NCBI GenBank assembly: GCA_965221165.1
Contig: CBDCRP010000002.1
Span: 736,001 to 800,000, forward strand
Origin: a bacterium
GTDB taxonomy: Bacteria; UBA8248
Length of the DNA: 64,000 nt
Direction of reading: 5' to 3'
Shown here: positions 58,384-64,000 of the stretch, one piece after another
Layout of the letters: each line of letters starts with the position of its first letter
How positions within the stretch are numbered: position 1 is the stretch's first letter
Position numbers and translations under genes: made by a program
Notes under the pieces: generated by a model
The model's database searches: none
What the model was told of the DNA's origin: nothing
Seen by the model: only the letters and a program-made list of their open reading frames with translations

Positions 58384-60328
58384 TGTTTTTCACCGGATTG
58401 GCGGCTAAGATTTCGTTTGTCTCCGAACTGGCAACCGAGACTTCAGGAGTTCCTTCCTTCCGTCTAAATATGGATAGCAATCGGTGGCCGAGGTCCGCCA
58501 GTCCCCCCGGCAAGAACATCATGAACACGATCAGAAGCAGCCCGAAGATCAGGATTCGATACTCCGCAAGCTTACGCAGCATTTCCGGAACGCCAAGGAC
58601 GAAGAACGCCCCGATAATGGCGCCGGCAAAGCTACCAAGACCGCCAATCACGACCATCGTAAGAAATGCGATCGACTGCAGGATCGTGAAGGAATCCGGA
58701 CTGATATAGGAGAAGAAGTGGGCATACAGAGAACCTGCAATCCCGGCGCAACCGGCGCCGATGCAGATGGAGAGTGTCCGGTACCATGCAACATTCACTC
58801 CCATGGAGATCGCAGCCAGCTCGTTCTCGCGGGCCGCGATCAAACCACGGCCATAACGTGACGTTATCAGGCGCTGTAACGCCACGAAGACGATCACCAG
58901 TACGGCTATCGTCAGAAAATAGAAGGGTGCCCCTTCCTCGAACACAAAGGAACCGATGGACGGTTTTCGAATACCGCTAATGCCCGACATCCCGTTTGTT
59001 ACGTCTTTCCAGTTGATGAACACGAGATGCATGATCTCGCCAAAACCCAGGGTTGCGATGGCGCAGAAGTGGGTCGGCAGCCTCAATATCGGTCCGAATA
59101 GCAACCCGAACACTGCGGCGACAATCGCCGCCGCAATAATTGCAAGGAGGAATGGAACGCCAAAGTATACGGTCAAGATCGCTGAAGTATAGGCGCCAAT
59201 TCCCAGGAACGCCGCATGACCGACGATGATGGCGCCGGCGTATCCGATTACGAGCTGCAGTCCGAGGGCGGCCGTGGCGTAGATCAGGATGAGCGTGACG
59301 AGATATATCTCATATGTATCGAGGAGCAACGGCAGCAGAAAGGCGAGGACACCGAGCGCGGCGATCATGCCGTACCTGAGATGGGCGGCTTGCTTATCGT
59401 TCAACTCAAACAAGTCCGCTATTGATTGCCGCCCGTACCTGAACACCAAGCTCCCGCCACGCGGCATTCGAGGAATCGCTACGAGCATCAGCACAATGAT
59501 GGTGATGCCAAAGGCAATCCCGTTCTTGTAAGCGGATGAAATGTAACCCGCGGCGAAAGTCTCCAGGAGGCCTAGAATGGGACCGCCAATCATCGTACCG
59601 AGTATGTGAAACTGCCCCAGTGCCGCAGCGGCGAATGATCGGGGTCCCTGCAGCCAAAGGTCCTGCGCGACAAAAAATAATGGTGCGACGAGGACGCCGG
59701 CGGCACCCGCCAACATGGAACTGATGCCGAAAGTCATCGTGACGACGCGATCGAAACTTACACCTAGAATTTCCGCCGTGTATGAGTCATATGCCGACGC
59801 CCGCCACGCGATGCCGGAAAGTGTTCGCTCAAAGAAGAAATGCAGGCCGAGCATTGAGAGGATGGCAAGGGCGATAATCCAAATATGCTGAATGCTCATT
59901 GGCAGCCCGGCCACGATAAGATGGCCTACTTGGCCAACGGATACCGGATAACGCAGCGGCGCGGCTCCCCATATTAGCTGCGAGACCAGCCGAAGGCATA
60001 TCCCAATCCCAATTGTTGCGATAATCAAATTCAAGAGCGGCGATTGTCGCAGTCGTATCGGGCGCAGGGCTACGCGCTCGATTAGCATGCCCAGAATGCC
60101 CGTCAAGATGCTCGCTAAGATGAATACGGCTAAATACGGCAGCGGTGTTGCTACCAAGAGGGTATATCCGATGAAGGCGCCTGACATCACCAGTTCGCCC
60201 TGTGCAAAGTTGACGAGCTCGGTGGCCCGCAACATCATCGTGAAGCCAAGAGCGATCAGGGCATAAACGCAGCCGACCGCCAGCCCGCCGACAACCTGCT
60301 GCGTGACGATATGTAAATCTATCCCCAT
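58370..60328 (-). CDS. Fused LivH-LivM ABC permease
   Basis: N-half YALIALGF..NFAQGE (LivH) continues without a stop into C-half GHAAFLGIGAY, ATLGFGEI, AARENE and MVVIGGLGS (LivM). Confidence 0.9.
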   Translation of the reverse strand: MGIDLHIVTQQVVGGLAVGCVYALIALGFTMMLRATELVNFAQGELVMSGAFIGYTLLVATPLPYLAVFILASILTGILGMLIERVALRPIRLRQSPLLNLIIATIGIGICLRLVSQLIWGAAPLRYPVSVGQVGHLIVAGLPMSIQHIWIIALAILSMLGLHFFFERTLSGIAWRASAYDSYTAEILGVSFDRVVTMTFGISSMLAGAAGVLVAPLFFVAQDLWLQGPRSFAAAALGQFHILGTMIGGPILGLLETFAAGYISSAYKNGIAFGITIIVLMLVAIPRMPRGGSLVFRYGRQSIADLFELNDKQAAHLRYGMIAALGVLAFLLPLLLDTYEIYLVTLILIYATAALGLQLVIGYAGAIIVGHAAFLGIGAYTSAILTVYFGVPFLLAIIAAAIVAAVFGLLFGPILRLPTHFCAIATLGFGEIMHLVFINWKDVTNGMSGISGIRKPSIGSFVFEEGAPFYFLTIAVLVIVFVALQRLITSRYGRGLIAARENELAAISMGVNVAWYRTLSICIGAGCAGIAGSLYAHFFSYISPDSFTILQSIAFLTMVVIGGLGSFAGAIIGAFFVLGVPEMLRKLAEYRILIFGLLLIVFMMFLPGGLADLGHRLLSIFRRKEGTPEVSVASSETNEILAANPVKNNVNS

Positions 60329-60729
60329 TTCACCGTTCCGCGTCGTTTGTGTTGATCCCGCATTCCCCGGATAACCTTCAATACCGTGGTGATCATATCC
60401 GAATTTCACTACCGCTGGGATGGGGTCTCCACCGCCGGCATCCGGCGGTCTGATTTTGGTGATCTGAGCGTGTTACGAAGCCTATTCGGCCAGTTTTCTC
60501 GTAATCCAGACACCTCTTCCGTCGTTTTGCCTCGCCGCAGATTTTCTCGGCCAACGCGGGGAGGGTTTTCGTCGCAGGTTATCAATCAAGGCGGAGATTT
60601 TCTGGGACAGGTTGCTAGGCGCGGCAACTTCGGCCGATGGAACGCATAGCACCATCCGTGACTAATGGCCTCCGCGCCGATATTCGAGCGATGAGGCCAT
60701 CAACTCTCAAGTCGCCGGCCCGAAAACCA

Positions 60730-60769
60730 CTCACGGCAGTCCGGTTGCAAGCAACCGGACTGCCGTGAG
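60730..60769. other. Long intercistronic hairpin after the SBP gene (mRNA-stabilising or terminator)
   Basis: CTCACGGCAGTCCGGTTGC-AA-GCAACCGGACTGCCGTGAG, 19-bp inverted repeat. Confidence 0.7.
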
Positions 60770-60782
60770 CTTCAAGTAAACG

Positions 60783-61967
60783 CTATCGACCGAGAGACCG
60801 CCAAAACTCTCCGTCGGCATTGCTGCTATCGACAATTTCCCCGATTATCGGCTCCCAGGCGCCGTCTCCGTTTTTAGCAAAATAGACGTTGCCCAGGATG
60901 CCGCTGTAGCTGTTCTTCGCGCTGGTGAGATTGCGCGTAAACGCGCCTATCTGTTTGCTGTCGGGGACGTAGCCGTTGGCCTTGACAGCCTCGAATACGA
61001 TGCCCACCGCGTCATAGAACTCGCCGGCCCAAGGGTCGGGACGTTCATTGTATTTCGCAATGTAGGCCTTCATGAAGGGCGCCAGACGCTTGTCGGAACT
61101 TACGGGGATGAAGGTCGTGGCGAACACCATACCCTCTACGTGCTTGCCGCCGAGATCCACGAACTTCGGATTCCCGCCGATGGTATCGCCACCGAGAAGC
61201 CGAACCTTCATGCCGAGTTCTTTCACCTGGCGGGCAATGATGGCCTGCTCCTGGAATCCCGTCGCCATAATGACGGCATCTGCGCCCGCGGCCTTGATAC
61301 GGCCGAGTTGGCCCGTGAAGTCCTTGTCGCCACGCGCGTATTCCTGTTTCGCCACGGGCTTGAGCCCAAGCGTTTTCAATACAGCGGCGGTACTGGCGGA
61401 AAAGGATTTTCCGACCTCCTCATTGGACGAAAGGATGGCGATCTTTTTCAGACCAAGCTTCTTAACGGCGTAATTGATGGTTGCTATATTCAGGCCCTTG
61501 GTCGGAACGGCAACCCGGAAGATCCACTTGGAACCCTGCTGGGTGATCGGCCCCGCGACACTCGTTGTATATTGCGGAATTTTCGCCGCCGCGGTAATCG
61601 GAACGATAGCGAGCGTACAAGTGCTTTGCCATGCGCCGAGGAGCGCATGAACCTTGTCACGCGCGATCAGCTTGCGCGCAGCCGAGACCGAGACGTCACA
61701 TTTGGATTCGTCATCCTCGGCGATGATCTCGATCTTGATCTTGTTCTGCATCTTGTTCAGCAAATCGGCCTGCAGTTGGGCCCCCTTGAGCTGGAATTCA
61801 CCACCGAACGCAAGATCGCCGGTAAGAGGGCCGAGCACGCCCAGCCGCAATACTTTCGCTGCCTCGGCGCGACCGCCAAAGGGCGCAACAACTACGGCTG
61901 CCAAACCGAATACTACAGCTGTTGCGGTAATTTGAAGCCGACGCCTGATAGAGATCGAATAGCGCAT
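60783..61967 (-). CDS. LivK/LivJ-type ABC substrate-binding protein
   Basis: Signal peptide; GPLTG..AFGG, EDDES, WIFR, DFTGQL and YDAV motifs. Confidence 0.93.
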   Translation of the reverse strand: MRYSISIRRRLQITATAVVFGLAAVVVAPFGGRAEAAKVLRLGVLGPLTGDLAFGGEFQLKGAQLQADLLNKMQNKIKIEIIAEDDESKCDVSVSAARKLIARDKVHALLGAWQSTCTLAIVPITAAAKIPQYTTSVAGPITQQGSKWIFRVAVPTKGLNIATINYAVKKLGLKKIAILSSNEEVGKSFSASTAAVLKTLGLKPVAKQEYARGDKDFTGQLGRIKAAGADAVIMATGFQEQAIIARQVKELGMKVRLLGGDTIGGNPKFVDLGGKHVEGMVFATTFIPVSSDKRLAPFMKAYIAKYNERPDPWAGEFYDAVGIVFEAVKANGYVPDSKQIGAFTRNLTSAKNSYSGILGNVYFAKNGDGAWEPIIGEIVDSSNADGEFWRSLGR

Positions 61968-62042
61968 CTTGAACCCCCTATTTTAGAGATTGACTAGCGC
62001 ATTGAAACTTCCATATTTTATCAACGGACAATCCCTACCTTT

Positions 62043-62072
62043 AGTATATCAGGCGCATATTTAATGTGTCAA
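62043..62072 (-). promoter_or_regulatory. Sigma70 promoter for the liv/rid operon
   Basis: TTGACA(62072-62067)-18 nt-TATACT(62048-62043) with extended -10 TG. Confidence 0.7.
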
Positions 62073-62074
62073 AG

Positions 62075-62340
62075 TGCGAAATCCGGACGCATTTGACCGT
62101 CCGGGGCCGGGTTTCCGGCACGGGCCAGCCGGCTGTCAGGCCGCAACGGAATCCACGTTCCTGGGCGCGCCGATCCTCTCACGGCTCTGCCTCATCGATC
62201 CGTCGATCGAAGAGAGGAGACAGGGCTCGATGAAGAGAACCGACATGATGGCTATCCGTGTTATTCTTCGGCGCCGTCACGGTCTCGGCCTGCCACGTGC
62301 GCAGATCTCGCCCTCGGTAGGCGTGAGCGTGGAGAGGTAG
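62075..62340 (+). mobile_element. IS21-family left end and istA N-terminal remnant
   Basis: Starts TGCGAAATCCGG; GAGGAG RBS; MKRTDMMAIRVILRRRHGLGLPRAQISPSVGVS resembles the IstA HTH start, then stops. Confidence 0.6.
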
Positions 62341-62859
62341 TTCCTTTCGGTCACCATATACAACGAGAGGCCACCGTGTGAGGCGTATTGATGTTCGCCA
62401 ATTACCGGGGCCAATTACCGATATATCCAATCTTTGTCAATCCGAATCCAAACACAGTTTGTGTTGGACTTGCCGATCACAAAACGTGACATATGGACGG
62501 GACGTGGCGCATTTACCTCAGCCAAACGGCAACAAAGAAACTTTGCAAAGTAACGAAAGAAATTCAAGTAGGGTGATGTCCCTTTGATGTAGCACTCATC
62601 CTGGAACAATATCGTTGGATATTTTCCTCTTTATTAATCGGCGCGCCTTTTTATTCAATGATAAACAAAGGACGCTCGACCGGCAGTGCAACTCTGTTGT
62701 GCATAGTAGTGAGTGAACATCGAGCCTTCTTTGGCGAGACGAAGAAGTGATTGATTTATGTGGAATTACTAATTCGCCACCCACAGGTTTCAGACCTGGC
62801 TGAGATCCAATTATTTCAAGGCGCAAGGGTTCCCGGAAGTAAAACAGTCGTCTCGTTGG

Positions 62860-63882
62860 CTATCCGATGACCTCGTCCGTAATGGCCGCCTCGCCATAAA
62901 TTTCGGGGTTAAAGACATCATACGGCCGCTTTCCGGCGAGGAAGCGCTCGATATTCATCACCGTACGCAAGGCCATCTCCTCGCGCGTCTCGCGGCCCGC
63001 GCTGCCTATGTGTGGAGTAAGAACGACATTCGGAAGGCTCTTGAGCCCCGCTATCGGCCCCGGATTGGGCTCGGGAACCTCGGTCTGATAGACGTCCAGC
63101 CCGGCGCCCCGTATTCGCTTTTCTCTCAGGGCTTTCTCCAGGGCCACCTCGTCCAAAATGAGGCCGCGCGAAGTGTTAATCAGAATGGCGCTCGGCTTCA
63201 TGAGAGAGATGAGCCGTTCATCGATGAGACCCACCGTGTCTTTGGTGAGCGCCGGGGTCAATGCGATGAAATCCGCTTCGGTAAACAAATCGTCAAGGGT
63301 GCGAAATTCGGCTGAACCGAGAACAAATTCCTCCGCCGGGCTCAGGGGGGTGCGCTTGTTGTAGGTAATGCGCATATCGCAAGCGGCGGCTTTGCGCGCT
63401 AGCAGTTGTCCGATTCGGCCCATCCCGACGATCCCGAGCGTCTTGCCGAAGAGGCGCGTACCCATAAAAGCCATCGACTGATTCTGCCGCCAGCGATCCT
63501 CTCGGAGGAACGTATCCGCCTCCGGCAATCGCCACGCCGTCGCCATCAAAAGAGCGAATGTGAATTCCGCGGTTGTTTTTTGGGTCATGCTTTTTTGCCC
63601 CGAGACCGGAATGTTGCGGCGCGTCGCCGCTGCAAAATCAATGAACTTCGCTGACCCATGCATGACGGAGACAAACTGCAACTCTTTTGCCGCATCGAAA
63701 ACTCGCTCGTTAAAGGGGATCTCCCCTATGCCGAATAGTATGTGTTTGTCGCGCACGGCTTCCAGCAGCTCTGATTCTGGAATCATGCGGTCAACGTGTG
63801 GATATGTGGTCACCTCGCCCAGTTTATCGAGTTCAGCGGCTGCGACCTCCGGAATCGGTTGAGGCACAAAAATTCTTGTCAT
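62860..63882 (-). CDS. D-2-hydroxyacid dehydrogenase (glyoxylate/hydroxypyruvate reductase-like)
   Basis: GIVGMGRIG, INTSRG, GAGLDVY..E and LTPHIGSA motifs. Confidence 0.93.
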   Translation of the reverse strand: MTRIFVPQPIPEVAAAELDKLGEVTTYPHVDRMIPESELLEAVRDKHILFGIGEIPFNERVFDAAKELQFVSVMHGSAKFIDFAAATRRNIPVSGQKSMTQKTTAEFTFALLMATAWRLPEADTFLREDRWRQNQSMAFMGTRLFGKTLGIVGMGRIGQLLARKAAACDMRITYNKRTPLSPAEEFVLGSAEFRTLDDLFTEADFIALTPALTKDTVGLIDERLISLMKPSAILINTSRGLILDEVALEKALREKRIRGAGLDVYQTEVPEPNPGPIAGLKSLPNVVLTPHIGSAGRETREEMALRTVMNIERFLAGKRPYDVFNPEIYGEAAITDEVIG

Positions 63883-63958
63883 GATTTCCCTTTCAATTAT
63901 TGGGGAGCCGAAAAAAAGTTCAAATATGGGAGGCTGATCAGCCACACCTGCGGGCGCG

Positions 63959-64000
63959 CTAATCGTCCAGGCGCTTCATCCTGGGGTCGAGCACATCCCG
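63959..64000 (-). CDS. C-terminus of a second DppC-like permease (partial)
   Basis: RDVLDPRMKRLDD*, paralleling RDVLDPRLKRLVD* of 41842-42774. Confidence 0.7.
   Translation of the reverse strand, partial: RDVLDPRMKRLDD

Noticed and set aside
62397-62420. Short direct repeat GCCAATTACCG x2
   Set aside because: Only two units 13 bp apart; not CRISPR- or iteron-like.
1-64000. CRISPR arrays, tRNA and rRNA genes
   Set aside because: No regularly spaced repeats or recognisable structural RNA genes seen by eye; a covariance-model scan would be needed to exclude small RNAs.

Overview
Bacterial chromosomal window with two parts. Bases 1-9.4 kb look like host backbone: ammonium transporter (partial), CMD and cyclase genes, orphan cbtB, a cupin, a class I aminotransferase, PhzF, MOSC, a SelW/Rdx-type selenoprotein missed by the ORF track, and an HMG-CoA-synthase-like/DUF35 fusion with a thiolase. 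From about 9.5 kb to the end is a mosaic of catabolic and transport cassettes: three hydantoinase/oxoprolinase A/B pairs, three fold-IV aminotransferases, two cyclic amidohydrolases, CUT1, Dpp, TAXI-TRAP and Liv transporters, an IclR operon with an atypical adenylosuccinate-lyase-family enzyme and two CapA proteins, and a triple-domain Rid protein. These cassettes are separated by IS debris (IS110/IS1111, IS256 x2, IS5, IS21, IS1-like), truncated genes and a same-orientation family of AT-rich non-coding repeats at module junctions. No rRNA, tRNA or CRISPR array was seen. All calls come from motif recognition by eye; no database searches were run.
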